Assembly: GCA_964016885.1 (NCBI GenBank)
Contig: OZ024742.1
Coordinates: 183,210,001-183,274,000 of the forward strand
DNA from: Eledone cirrhosa
Lineage: Eukaryota
DNA length: 64,000 nt
Direction of reading: 5' to 3'
Under the pieces are notes generated by a model. That model was not told where the DNA came from and did no database searches. It was given only the letters and a program-made list of their open reading frames with translations. A program made the translations under genes and the position numbers. Below, in pieces: positions 14,292 through 26,394 of the stretch; the stretch's first letter is position 1; every line of letters starts with the position of its first letter.

Positions 14292-14669
14292 AACAGATGT
14301 GCCTTGCATGATAGACTGAGGGTAGTCTTGGGTGGATTAGTAATAAAATGGTTTTAAGAAAATAAAGAAATAAAAAAATAAAGTTTAGAGAATATATTTT
14401 TTAGGAAAACATAAAATCAAAAAGTAAAGTAAAAAAAACATTGCATACTTAACCAATGGGGAATAGTTGAAAGGAGCTAAGTCTTGTAGAATCTAATGCT
14501 GTCAAAAATAACTAACAATAGAACCATCCCAACAGAAAGAGCTTCAAACATATATTTTTAACTCCTTCGATACCAACTGGATAACAACTGGCCCAAAACT
14601 GCCTCTGGTTCTATGGAACAAAACCATCAATTTAAAAGGTTCCTATTTAGATTAAAACCTTCCAACATA

Positions 14670-14985
14670 ATCATCATCATCATTTTACGTCCGTTTTTCC
14701 CTGCTTGCAAGGGTGGGACAGGAACTGATTCTGACTTGATTTCTACAGCTGGATGCCCTTCCTAACACCAACCTCATTTACAGTGAGTGCTGGGTGCTTT
14801 TTTCTGTGGCACCTGCACGACCACTTTACAGCGTGGGCTGGGTGCTTTTTTGCTGTGGCACCTCCACGACCACTTTGCAGTGGAATGGTAGGGACCCCAG
14901 TCCCTATCATCTCATTTCTACAGCTGAGTAAACTGGAGCAATGTGAAATAAAGTGTCTTGCTCAAGGAAACAACACATTACCCAG
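14670..14985 (-). mobile_element. CORE-SINE with RTE tail, 5'-truncated
   Basis: Near-identical to part of 20407-20778. Confidence 0.9.
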
Positions 14986-15881
14986 TCTTTATAATATCAT
15001 ATAAAAACCTTTTTTGTTACATTACTAATGTCATCATAAAAAATGAAATAATTTTAGAAAATCTCTCTAAACTTTTCATTGATTAATGCAAATGCAGTGT
15101 ATTTTATAAGAAATATAGCAATGAAAGTGTTAAGTTATGCTCCAAACACCAACATGATAATGAGAAAATGAGATTTATCACTACATCCCACTACTTTCTT
15201 GATTATTTGCAAAATAAATTTGAAACTAACAAGCTGTGTCATTCATTAGAAATATGGTAATGAAATGGATAACTACTAACTTCAAACTATTAACCTTATT
15301 TTCAGTGTATACTTTTATTTTACCACTGTAAATGGTAAAATAAAACTATAATGTAGTTTGAATAGGTTGAACAATATTCTTAATAACAATCCATGTTTAT
15401 GTTTGAACTATATTTTTAATAAAATAGACAGTGTCTATAATTTTCAAATAATTTTGAATATAATCCAGAATATGGATGGGTTTAGTTAATATAACTAATA
15501 TTCTCATTATCAAGCTGACATTTGGATTAACAGATTAAATAAAATTATGGTGGAAGGCATTTAGATAAATATAAATATTTTAAAACAGTTTTGTATTAGA
15601 GGACTGGGAGTGGTTTCATGTGGTCTGGTATCAAATGAATTAATCAAAGATAGTTTCTATTCTACAAGGTATATATGAAACGGAGTAGTTTAGATACGGG
15701 AAGAGAAAAGTTGGCAAGAGTTAAACTGGTTCTAACAAACACAAACAAATAAATATTCAAACAAAAAAATAAGCAACATAAAATAAAATAAAATTCCATC
15801 TAATTCGTGAAACAAACAAAACTAAACAAAAACTAAAATGCCCAAACAAAACAAAGAACTGCTAAGAAAATAGTTAAGTAC

Positions 15882-15914
15882 CTTAGTAGAGTACTTATTC
15901 TTCCTTTGTAACTC
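15882..15914 (-). CDS. candidate 33-nt frame-preserving cassette microexon of the BMI1-like gene
   Basis: tctttcgtcatttcag|GAGTTACAAAGGAAGAATAAGTACTCTACTAAG|gtactt. Fits the phase-2 intron without a stop, adding SYKGRISTLLR. Confidence 0.35.
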
Positions 15915-16659
15915 CTGAAATGACGAAAGACATGCACTAATTACCTAAATATCCCCAGACAATACATGCACTAGTTACCTAGGGTAGAAAGGGCTCTCCA
16001 GTTGATCTAATGACCAACAACCTTTCTAATGTTGGTGCCACAAAAAATGCAGCTGGTACACTCTGTAAAGTGGTAATGATAGGAAGGGCATTCAGCTGTA
16101 GTGAACCTGCCAGACAAAGGGTCAGGAGGACTTTTCAGCTGTGTCAAAAACATGACAACCTCCTTAGTGATAGTGCCATGATAAAATGCACTCAAAAGAG
16201 CATGGGATCATTTGTGAGGTGCAGCCAACTGACCCATCTAAACACTGAGTAGAGTGTAGGAATGTAAGCTAGATGGCCCATCTGAGAGGTCAATAGCACT
16301 GCTTGAGTACCAACCTGGTCTGTTGACGACCTTGTTAACACATACAGTATATTTTAAGTGATGATGCTGATAATGATGAATACATGCACTTGTCACCTAA
16401 ATATCTACAGATCAGTGAAACATGGAACACAAATTTAAACACTTTCAGAAAAGAGAACTTAAAAAAAAGAGGAGGGAAGGGACAATTCAAATTTAGGGTG
16501 TAATCCTTCAATAGCAATATTTCTAATATGAAGTTGCATGGCCTAGTGGTTACGGTGTTGGACTCACAACCATGAGTTTGATTCCTTGACCAGGCAGCGC
16601 ATTGTATTATTGAATAGGATGTATCATTTCGGATTACTTTTCATGATAGTCCTTTATCA

Positions 16660-16886
16660 TTAATCCTTTAGCATTTAAACTAGCCATATCCGACAAAAAT
16701 TCTCTCACCTCTTTGTTCAAACCGGCCAGAAACAGTTGTTCATACTTATGTTATGGTATTGTTCTCAAAATAAATAATATCAAAATCTTGTAAATTCAAT
16801 ATTATGTGAAATAATTATGTAAGATAATGCCTTTACCACAAAAATACAATAGTATATATAGAGCAATGTAAATGCTAAAGGGTTAA
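16660..16886. mobile_element. piggyBac-like MITE (TTAA ends, TIR CCCTTTAGCATTTA)
   Basis: ttaa-tcctttagcattta ... taaatgctaaaggg-ttaa. Homologous copies at about 17195-17397, 25877-26076 and 33086-33304. Confidence 0.85.
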
Positions 16887-17194
16887 AACACCCAAGAAAG
16901 CTCCCATGAGATAAAACCTATCTGGAGGACTGCATAGGTGTGAGCTGCAACAAGTTTTTATTTGTCTTCTGTTAATATATTTCTAATGAGAAACACTCCT
17001 TTTGATTTTTAATTAATTTTGAAAATAATAAAAATAATTAGGGAATATTTAGTAAAATAGCTAAATTTCTCAGACAAAACTTGATATTAACCCTATATTA
17101 TCTCCATTCAATTATATGTGGATATATGTATCTATATATATATATATTTACATTGTAATCAGTCATTTGACTGTGGTCATGCTAGATCTTTTGC

Positions 17195-17397
17195 CACTTC
17201 AACCGGCCGTATCTGGCCAGAATTCTCTTACCTGTTTCTGTTCAAACCAACCATAACCGGCTGTTTATACCGATCTTAAGGTATTGTTCTCAAAATAAAT
17301 AATGTTATCAAAATCTCCTAAATTCAATATTTTATGTGAGATAAAGCTTTTACCACAAAACTACAATAGTAGAGTAATGTAAATGCTAAAGGGTTAA
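17195..17397. mobile_element. piggyBac-like MITE, partial copy
   Basis: Same internal sequence and right TIR as 16660-16886. Confidence 0.8.
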
Positions 17398-17698
17398 AGT
17401 TTCAGTCAATCATATGAACCTCAGTACGTATTTTAGTCTAGAATTTTTGTTATCAATCGCTATTTGTCAAAACTTCAATGTTGAGGGGTACAAAAACAGA
17501 CACAAACAACATCAGTTTTTAGACCATATAAAATTCAAATATATTCATTTTTAAAACAATGATTCCAACTGCCTCAAAAAATAATTCTCCCAGTTTACAC
17601 ATGAAAAACAATATATTTAAAATCTTTAAAAAAAATTATGAAGAAAATAAATGAAAAAAATATTTTTGACTTGAATTGTCATAGAAAGTCCACTTTAC

Positions 17699-17795
17699 CT
17701 TATATTCTGTAGTGGTCTAGTTTTGTGAACCATTACCTCACAGATGGGGCAGAATTTACTAGATTCCAGGTAACGCACAATACAGGCACGGCAAA
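17699..17795 (-). CDS. BMI1: BMI1/PCGF-like exon, second half of the RING
   Basis: tttatttag|...|gtaaag. 97 nt, phase-compatible, encoding [33 protein letters not shown] (BMI1: [33 protein letters not shown]). Confidence 0.96.
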
Positions 17796-18509
17796 CTAAA
17801 TAAAGGAGTTATAGAGGGAAAATAAGTAATAATTAAGTGAGAATAACAGGAGGGAAATTATAAATGATCAGGTTCATATATAGACATTGAGAAAAACATT
17901 TATTATATATGTATACTTTACATACTGATGTAAAGGTTGCACATCTCCAATTTTACATACATTTGCTATGTACTGTATATTTTGAATTGAGGTTTTGTAG
18001 ATCCAGTAGTTAAGTCACATGAAGGTTTTCATGCTTTTTCAGGAGATTTAAAGACAAGTATATAATCATCATCATAAAAAACGGTTTCCCACATTTGCAT
18101 GGGTGAGATGAGTGAACACGTTCTGATGCTAGACTGATCAGGTATTTATGTCTTGCTCATGTTATTTTCTTAATGCCAAACACTTTACACTTTACTGGCT
18201 GGGAAAAATCTATGCAATCCATTTATCTATGGACCTTGAATTCCTGATCAGGTAGTAAGTGTGCTGGTATATTTTAATCTGGCAGAGATACTCCTTCTTC
18301 AGGTCTGGTAGGTGGGAGACAGAGGAAGAGAGAGAGAGGGAGAGAGAGGGGGAGAAAGAGGAAGAGAGAGCGAGAGAGAGAGAAAGAGAATCACTGACTC
18401 TAGTATTAAACGAGTATTCTATTTATCAACTTTGAAAAGATGAGCTGTAAAGTTGACCTCATCAGGATTTGGAATTGGAGTGCAGACATCTTTTTCACCC
18501 ACTTATTAC

Positions 18510-18942
18510 TGCAAGGATCGTGGGGGCAGAGTCTCTGATCTCCAAGCTACACACTTTATCGAGTAACGTTACTCCAAATACCCTTTAGAGGAATCCCATT
18601 TCGGCCGCTTGTTTTTGCGATCGTATTCTTTCGGTCATTACCCAAAATTCATGACCATAGGTAAGGGTTGGCACGAAAATCGAATTGAAGATAGCGAGTT
18701 TGACTTTTACGGCTACCTCCCTTCTGATTACTGAATGCTGAAGTTGGCGCATTACTGCACCAACTTTTGCAATTCTTGCACTTAATTCAGCCTCTTGCCT
18801 TTCATCACTTGCGAACTCGGTCCCGAGATATTTGAACTTCTCTACCTGCTACAGTGGGACTCCATTCACATGTAGAATGGACTGTCCTTGATAGGACGAT
18901 TGTCTCAGTTTTCACAGCACTGATTTTCATTCCAGTCATGCA
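18510..18942 (-). pseudogene. RTE-clade (Expander/Rex3-like) LINE ORF fragment
   Basis: GMKISAVKTETIVLSR..KFKYLG..IFVPTLTYGHEFWVMTERIRSQKQAAEMGFL, with a frameshift and a stop. Confidence 0.8.
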
Positions 18943-18943
18943 T

Positions 18944-19171
18944 ATCATCATCATCATCATCACCGTTTTACGTCCGTTCTTCCACGCTAGCATGGGTTAG
19001 ACGGGTTGTCCTGTTGTGTGCAGTGTCTGGTCGGCTGACCATGCCTTGCTCATACAGGAACTGATCTGGCTTGATTTCTACAGCTGGATGCCCTTCCTAA
19101 CACCAACCTCATTTACAGTGAGTGCTGGGTGCTTTTTCGTGGTGCCTACACGTCCACTTTACAGTGTGGGC
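18944..19171 (-). mobile_element. young RTE 3' UTR-only copy
   Basis: Near-identical reverse complement of about 55420-55648. Confidence 0.93.
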
Positions 19172-19589
19172 ATATATATATATCATGAACAAATATTACA
19201 AAGCATTTAAGTTGACATTCTAACACCTCTGCCACTTCACCAATTTTACACAATCCATACAATGGTTAATATAAGCTGAAACATCCCTAATACACCATAG
19301 TTTCTCTATTTTGGTTTGTCAGGGAGGAGTTATTTAACAGAGAACATAGATTTTTATGTATAGGATGTATTATATGAATAAGCTTAGGCAGGAAATTGTC
19401 AAATAGAATGCTCTGCAGTCGATAAATAAAGTACCAGTCCAGTACTCAAGTTGATTAATTCATTCTCTTTCTCTCTCAGCTGTGTTCGAACCTGGAGAGG
19501 GATGGGTTCTGCCAAGTTTAAAATATCCAAGACCCACCAGGTCATGAGTTCATGGTCCATGGATGGATACATAAGTTTATATGTATATA

Positions 19590-20405
19590 TAGTGCAATCG
19601 ATGCCCCGTGCGTGGGTGAGGGCAGCTTGGATCCGGTTAAGGGGGTTTCCATATCTAGTGAAAAGTCTGGCCATGTAATGAGACTGAATCTCAAAATCAT
19701 GAGGTTCGACTATACAGGTGGCGTAGACAGAGGAATTGAGAATAAGAGATGGACTGTTTTGTTTGGGTGGGGGTGTGAGGAGGAGACGGTGGGGTGAGGG
19801 GAGGAGAAGTTGTGGTAGGCATGGGAGTCCAAGGACTTGAAGATGGTGGAGGTGAAGTGGGAGCAATTGGAAGGGTCAATGGTTAGAGATGTCCAGGAAG
19901 TTAACAGAAGAAGTGGAGATAGAGGCGGTGAACTCGAGTGCGGGGTGGAAGGAGCAGAGCAAGGACAAAAAGGAATCGAGCTGGGCTCAGGTGAGAGACG
20001 AGATGCCAAAACAGTCATCAATGTACCAACCGTACAGCTCAGGGGTTGGGCTAGAGTATTGTGAAAAGATCTGAGCCTCAACACAGCCGACAAATAAGTT
20101 GGCGTAGCTGGGGCCCATTCTTGTACCCATGGCCATACCCATCATCTGTTGGTAAATCTCAGTCGAGAAGAAACAGTTGAGGGAGAGGACCAACTCAGTT
20201 AAGCAAATAAGGGTAGAGGTCGAAGGTTAAGGAAGTGTTGCAGGGCCAGGAGACCTTTGGAATGGGGGATGACTGTGTATAGGGATTTGATGTCGAGGGT
20301 GAAGAGTAGGGTGTGGAGCCAGGAGGTAAGATGAAGGAATCAAAGAGGCGGAGGGCGTAGTTGGTGTGAGAAATATGGGATGATAGGATAGTTACCAGGA
20401 GCGAG
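19590..20405 (-). pseudogene. Penelope-like element (Neptune-type) reverse transcriptase fragment
   Basis: FTLDIKSLYTVIP.. and YQQMMGMAMGTRMGPSYANLFVG..WYIDDCFG, with frameshifts. Confidence 0.85.
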
Positions 20406-20406
20406 T

Positions 20407-20778
20407 ATCATCATCATCATCATTTTACGTCCGCTTTTCCCTGCTTGCAAGGGTGGGACGGGAACTGATTCTGGCTTGATTTCTACAGCTGGATGCCCTT
20501 CCTAACACCAACCTCATTTACAGTGAGTGCTGGGTGCTTTTTTTTTCTGTGGCGCCTACATGTCCACTTTACAGTGTGGGCTGGGTGCTTTTTTGCCGTG
20601 GCACCTCCACAACCACTTTGCAGTGAAATGATAGGGACCCTAGTCCTATCATCTCATTTCTACAGCTGAGTAAACTGGAGCAATGTGAAATAAAGTGTCT
20701 TGCTCAAGGAAACAACACATCACCCGGTCTGAGAATTGAACTCACAACCTTTCGATTTCAAGGCCAATGCTCTAACCT
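20407..20778 (-). mobile_element. near full-length tRNA-derived CORE-SINE with RTE-derived 3' tail
   Basis: Minus strand: tRNA-like head (ggttagagca..gagttcaattc), CORE-like block ccttgagcaagacactttatttcacattgctccagtttactcagctgtagaaatg, then about 170 nt shared with the RTE 3' UTR, then (TGA)n. Confidence 0.85.
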
Positions 20779-21109
20779 GTGTTATATATACATACACACA
20801 CACATATCATCATCATTGTTTAACATCCAATTTACACACTAGCATGGGTTAGACAGGTCTTCCCATTTGACGTAAGTTGGTTCAGATGACCATGTCATAC
20901 ACATACAAGAATGTTTCTGGCTAGGTTTCTATGGCTGGATGCCCTTCCTAATGCCAACCAGATTTACAGTGTGTGCTGGGTGCTTTTGCCGTGGCTCCTA
21001 CATGACCACTTTACAGTGTGGGCTGGATATGTTTTGTTCACAGTATAAGGGTAGTGTGGGCAGGAGTGGATGGGAGGTGCCTACTATACATATATGACAA
21101 ATGGCTCAA

Positions 21110-22095
21110 AATTGAAGGTGATGTCTACCCAGTTGACTTGCCACCTGAACCACTTTGAGACCACCTCAAGAACACTGTCCTGTAGTCTGCCCAAGAATCG
21201 CTTGGATTTTCCTTCAAGAAAAAATAAAATTTGTTTGATGAGAATAACAGAGAAATCCAGGAGATCCTTGCAAAGAAGAGGTCAGCATACCAGGCCTATT
21301 TGACTCAGCCTTCCTGTTTTCAGAAAAGATAGCCTTTCGCTTCACCAGTCGTGAGCTCCAGTGGGGACTCCGAGAAATTCAAAACAAGTGGTTGACTAAT
21401 CTTACGGAAAAATCCAAATATATGCAGATACCGGAAACTATGGGTTGTTCTATCAAGCCCTGAAAGCAGCTTATGGTCCATCATACCTGACACCATGCTC
21501 TCTCTGAAGTTCTGATGGAGGGGTTTTGCTAAGTGACAGGGCTCATCATGACCCACTGGTCTGAACACTTCCAAGGTCTCTTTGGCGCCAACCGCCCGAT
21601 CCATGACCGGCAAAGCTGCAGGTGTGGAAGGCATTTCCACAGAGGTCTGGATCAATGGCACTTCATCCCTCCACTCCAAACTTCATGAGTTCTTTATCAG
21701 TTACTGGGAACATGGCACACTTCCTCCAAACCTCCAAGATGCAATCATCATTACCCTTTATAAGAACAAAGGGAAAAAGGCAGACTGCTCCAACTACAGA
21801 AGCATCACCCTGCACTCCACTGCAGGAAAAGTCCTGGCCCGAATACTGCTCAACAGACTGACATCTATAATTGTTGAGGACCATCTTCTAGAGAGTTAGT
21901 GCAGCTTTAGAGCAAACCAAGGCATCACAGACATGATGTTTGCCTTGAGGCAGCTACAGGAGAAATGCTGTTGAACAAAATCAGAGGTCTGTTTATTACC
22001 TTCATCGCCCTGACAAAAATGTTTGTCACCATGAGCAGAAAAGGAATGTGGCAAATTCTGGAAAAGCTGAGCTGCTCTCCCAAGTGGTACAGAGA
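21110..22095 (+). pseudogene. decayed RTE/BovB-like LINE (RT region)
   Basis: GKAAGVEGISTEVW..DAIIITLYKNKGKKADCSNYRSITL..GKVLARILLNRL; TDMMFALRQLQEKC; stops and frameshifts. Confidence 0.88.
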
Positions 22096-22419
22096 CCAGG
22101 ATGACCACAAATCAGAGTAGTACTCAATGTTGCAGAATCGGTATATTAGAGAGGTAGAGGATTGACTGTGAGCTCAGGCTGTTTCAGCTAGTCCAGCCAA
22201 AACTGTTGGAGCTCATGGTTTATCCTTTACCTCTCTAACATTATATATATATATCTAAATATTGTCCAATCCATGCCAACATGAAGCAGCTGACATAAAA
22301 TTGATGACAATGTTGATAATATATAAAAGTGTGTATGTGCATGTACATATATGAATGATGTAAACAACACCAAGAAACCCTGCAAAACTGGTTCTCTTCA
22401 AGGGAGGTATTTGAGATCC

Positions 22420-23240
22420 ATGTTGGCTTAGTGTTTAGAGTCTTGGACTCATGATCATAAGGTCATGAGTTCAATTCCTGGATTGAGCATCACATTGTTT
22501 TCTTGAGCAATATACTTTATTTCATGTTGCTTTTTCTGCCAGGTTTTGTGATAATATCAGCAATGGAAAAATTCTTCCTTTTGTCTGATCTGATGATAGA
22601 TTCCCTTCCTTTCTGAAGGCACATAATTTATTGACTAGGGTGTTGGACTCATCACCATAAGATCATGACCTCAATTCATTTACTGGTCAGTGTGCTGTGT
22701 TCTTGAGCAAATCACTTTATTTCATATTATTCCTTGTCAGGATTCATGGCCAACTGATAGTATCAGCAATAGAAAGACCAATGGAAACATTGTTTCTTTG
22801 GTTCAATGTGATGATTGGCTCCTTTCTTTTTTATCCTTATTCAGCCCTATTTTATAGACACACCCTTGTCACTCCCAGATGTGTGATGGAACCCTGTATT
22901 GTTCACAAATTGTGATAGAAATAAAAACAACAATTTTCATGTTCATTGAAATGTTTATTAAAAATAATCATTATTATCATTATAATAGATTTTTAAATAC
23001 ATTTTATACATCATGATTTTAATATGTAGGCACATGGCTTAATGGTTAGGGCAATGGACTAAGAATCATATGGTTGTGGGTTCAATTCTTGGACCATACA
23101 GTACCGTATGTGCTTGAGCAAAATGCTTCATTTCACATTTTATTTTGGATAGGACTATCATTAAAACACCTGTGAAATGCTACCTGAATAGGTATGAGCT
23201 GTAAAAACAACATGATAGGACTGGGGCCTCTATCATTAAA
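22420..23240 (+). mobile_element. cluster of three decayed CORE-SINE heads (about 22420, 22630, 23028)
   Basis: Each shows ggact..catatgg/aagg..ttcaatt..cttgagcaa..tttca. Confidence 0.65.
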
Positions 23241-23324
23241 ACCTCCAAGAAACTTTTTGTGAGATGCAAGCTTATAGGAGCCCAGCTAACCCTGCTGCCT
23301 ATTTTGTTTTTATTATTTTAATGG

Positions 23325-23515
23325 ATTGGTGGATTGGCAGTATCGGTAGAATGTCAGACACCATGCTTTGCAGCATAGAGATATGGCCCTTTACGTTCTG
23401 GGTTCAAATCCCACCAGGGTTAACTTTGCCTTTTATCCTTATGGGGGCAATAAAATAAAGCACTAGTATGCACTGGGGTACTTGCTGGCCTTGTGAAAAA
23501 AGAAGAAACAATTAT
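23325..23515 (+). mobile_element. Meta-like tRNA SINE
   Basis: Homologous to 36395-36582. Confidence 0.75.
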
Positions 23516-23744
23516 TTTAATGGATTTTTTAATATATTGATTGACTAATAACAACAGTGTGTAGCGAGAACTCTCCAATCAGCAGAAGGGTAAGACAACC
23601 TCTCTATTCCTGGTGTCACACTAGAACGCACCCAGTATACTGTAAGGTAGTTGACATTTGAAAGGTAACAACAAAAGGTAGCAAGAACACTTCACTTGGG
23701 CCAAGTCCCCAAATTAAGGGTAATGATGCTTTATTTAAATGAAT

Positions 23745-24984
23745 ATTAGACGTACATGAAATTACAAGTTATCTCTCCTTCAAAATACGACCCTTGAGAA
23801 GTCACACAGTGGTTCCAACATTTTTTCTATTGATCATAGCAGTACCAGAAGTCATTTTCTCTGAGTCCCCTTAGCTCATAGGTTACAATTTTTTGTATGT
23901 TTTCCACAGTCTCCAAATGATGACCCTTCAACTTTGATTTCAAGTAATGGGAAGAGGTAGAAATGACAGAGCTAGATCTGGGCTGTAGGGAGGATGTAGA
24001 AAAGTGGGAATGTTTTTCTTCACCAAAAATTCTCTAATTGAAAGTGTTGTGTGAGCAGGCAAGTTATTGTGGTGCAGTACCCAATCTCTTGCAATGTCCT
24101 TTTGAACTTGCTGGACTGTTTTCAAAGTTGTTCCAAGACATCTTTGTAGAAGGTGCGATTAGCTGTCTGTCTTGGAGACAGAATTTCTTTGTGAGCAATA
24201 ACATGGCTGTCGAAAAAAATGATAATCATCATTTTCACCCAGGATCTGTTCATGCATGCTTTCTTCAGAGAATCTTTCATGTGCCACTCCACACTTTGTT
24301 GTTTTGTCTCTGGATCTTACATGAACACCTATGATTCATCAACTGTTATTACTTTATCCAAGAAATTTCACTCAATTTCAAGTCTTTTTAGCAAATCCTG
24401 ACAAATTTTCAACTGGTTCACTTTTTGCTCCACAAACAAATGTTTGAGTACTAGTTTTGGATAAAATTTTCGTGTGTGCAAATGGTCTGTTAAAATTCTG
24501 TGAATTGCATTTTTATCCAAGCCCATTTCTTCTGCAATCATCCTAACACTTAATCGGCGATCTTTGACCATCACCGCTCGCACCACTTGCACATTTTGTT
24601 TGTTGACGAGATTGGCCTTCAACATTTTCTTGGCCCTCTTTGAAAGCTTTGTCCCATTTAAAAACCTTACTTCTTGATAGAGTGGCATCTCCATAAGTTT
24701 GTGCTAAAGAATTAAATGTTTTGGTGGCAGATTTGTTGAGTTTCACGGAAAATATTATCGTGTACCATTGGTCGATATTTTCGGCATTGCAAACTTAACA
24801 GACGTTATAAACATGTTTGTACATAAATAGCAATAACTCTCGACTGACTCAATCAGTTATGTTGAAACAAGTATGTATGTGCGGCCAAGGTCATAACCAA
24901 CATGCCTATATACATCGAGGTACTGCATTACCATGTTGTACACAGGAAAATCAGTACCTTTACTTTTGGGACAAATTTCTTATA
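23745..24984 (-). mobile_element. decayed mariner (Tc1/mariner) transposon
   Basis: HTH-like KLNKSATKTF..YGDATLSRSKVFKW and DRRLSVRMIAEE; catalytic-region WVLHHNNLPAH and HPPYSPDLA; terminal YFEGD; multiple frameshifts. Confidence 0.9.
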
Positions 24985-25876
24985 TTGACAGCCATTGCAC
25001 AAATTTAAACTAATCAGGATAAACTACACAATTTAGTTTATCTAATGGAATATCAAGATTGACAGTACCCAGAGCAATTCTATAGATCAATATATCACCA
25101 AACAAGATATAAATTGATCTGAAAGTCAAGAAACTTTCAAAATATTTGCTGTTATATTGATTAAAGCAAAGATCGATGAGTGATGCTAATGGGAAGAAGA
25201 TATAGGACGAGACAGCTTAGATTAATTACTAAATGGTAGGAAATATTTTAGAAATGATTTAGAAATTAAGGGGTTTTTTTTTTTTTACTTTTAAACTTTT
25301 ATGTTGTTTAGTCTCAGGTCAACCCTGATCAAGTGGACTTATGATCAAATGTGTTCCTCCAGCAATGTACTGTATATTTATGATTATATTTCTAACAAGT
25401 TGGCCAACCATGTCAGACTCTTTTATAGGCTTTTATGCTCAACAGTTTTCATACAAAACAACCAGAAACCTCTCTTGATTCTATGATACAAAACCATTTT
25501 AAAGCATTTACATATATCTAAAGACCTTTTGTCATAATTTTTATTGAAGAACCTTTGTTAAGTTATAATCCAAATACCAGCTTGATAATGAGTAAGTTTA
25601 TTAATTTGCTAAATATATTCTAATTCTTGATTATTTTCAAAATTATAGCTAGTGTTGTCATTAGAAATATAATAAACAAAAGTGTTAATAATTGTCTCTA
25701 ATTTAGACAGAAAGACAGCAAATTAAGGAGAAGGGGAACAGTTGATTAAGTCAAACTAGTATATGACTGGTATTTTATTTTACCCCCTCCTTCCCCACGA
25801 AAGGATGAAAGGAAAAGTTGACCTCAATGAGGCTGTTATGGTTTAATTGTTTTTAAAAAAAGTTTCACCACAATGT

Positions 25877-26076
25877 TTAACCCTTTAGCATTTACATTAC
25901 TCTATATTTACTTTTGTATTTTTATGGTAAAGGTTTTATCTCACATAATATCGAATATATGAGATTTTGATATTATTTATTTGGAGAACAATACCAATAA
26001 CATTGTGGCCGGTTTAAACAGAATGAGGTGAGAGAATTATGGCCGGATACAGTCAGTTTAAATGCTAAAGTGTTAA
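25877..26076. mobile_element. piggyBac-like MITE
   Basis: ttaa-ccctttagcattta ... taaatgctaaagtg-ttaa. Confidence 0.85.
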
Positions 26077-26094
26077 AGGGTCACTGACGCTGTT

Positions 26095-26305
26095 GTGTTT
26101 TATGACTCAATGTTAAAGGAATCACTACTACAGTTGTGACTCAATGTTAAAGGAATCACTACTACAGTTGTGACTCAATGTTAAAGGAATCACTACTACA
26201 GTTGTGACTCAATGTTAAAGGAATCACTACTACACATGTGTTTTATGACTCAATGTTAAAGGAGTCACTACTACATGTGTGTTTTATGACGTAATGTTAA
26301 AAGGG
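26095..26305. repeat. 34-bp tandem repeat carrying TGACTCA in each unit
   Basis: tgactcaatgttaaagg at 26103, 26137, 26171, 26205 and 26246; variant tgacgtaa at 26287. Confidence 0.95.
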
Positions 26306-26394
26306 CTACTGCTATTGTTGACAGACCTTCTAGCAGATTTTGCAACAATTCAAGATAATGCAGACTTTTCAAGATGAGGTTGCATTTATTATCA

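Noticed and set aside
20715-20778. tRNA-like sequence (also other SINE heads)
   Set aside because: No complete cloverleaf, and it continues into a SINE body.
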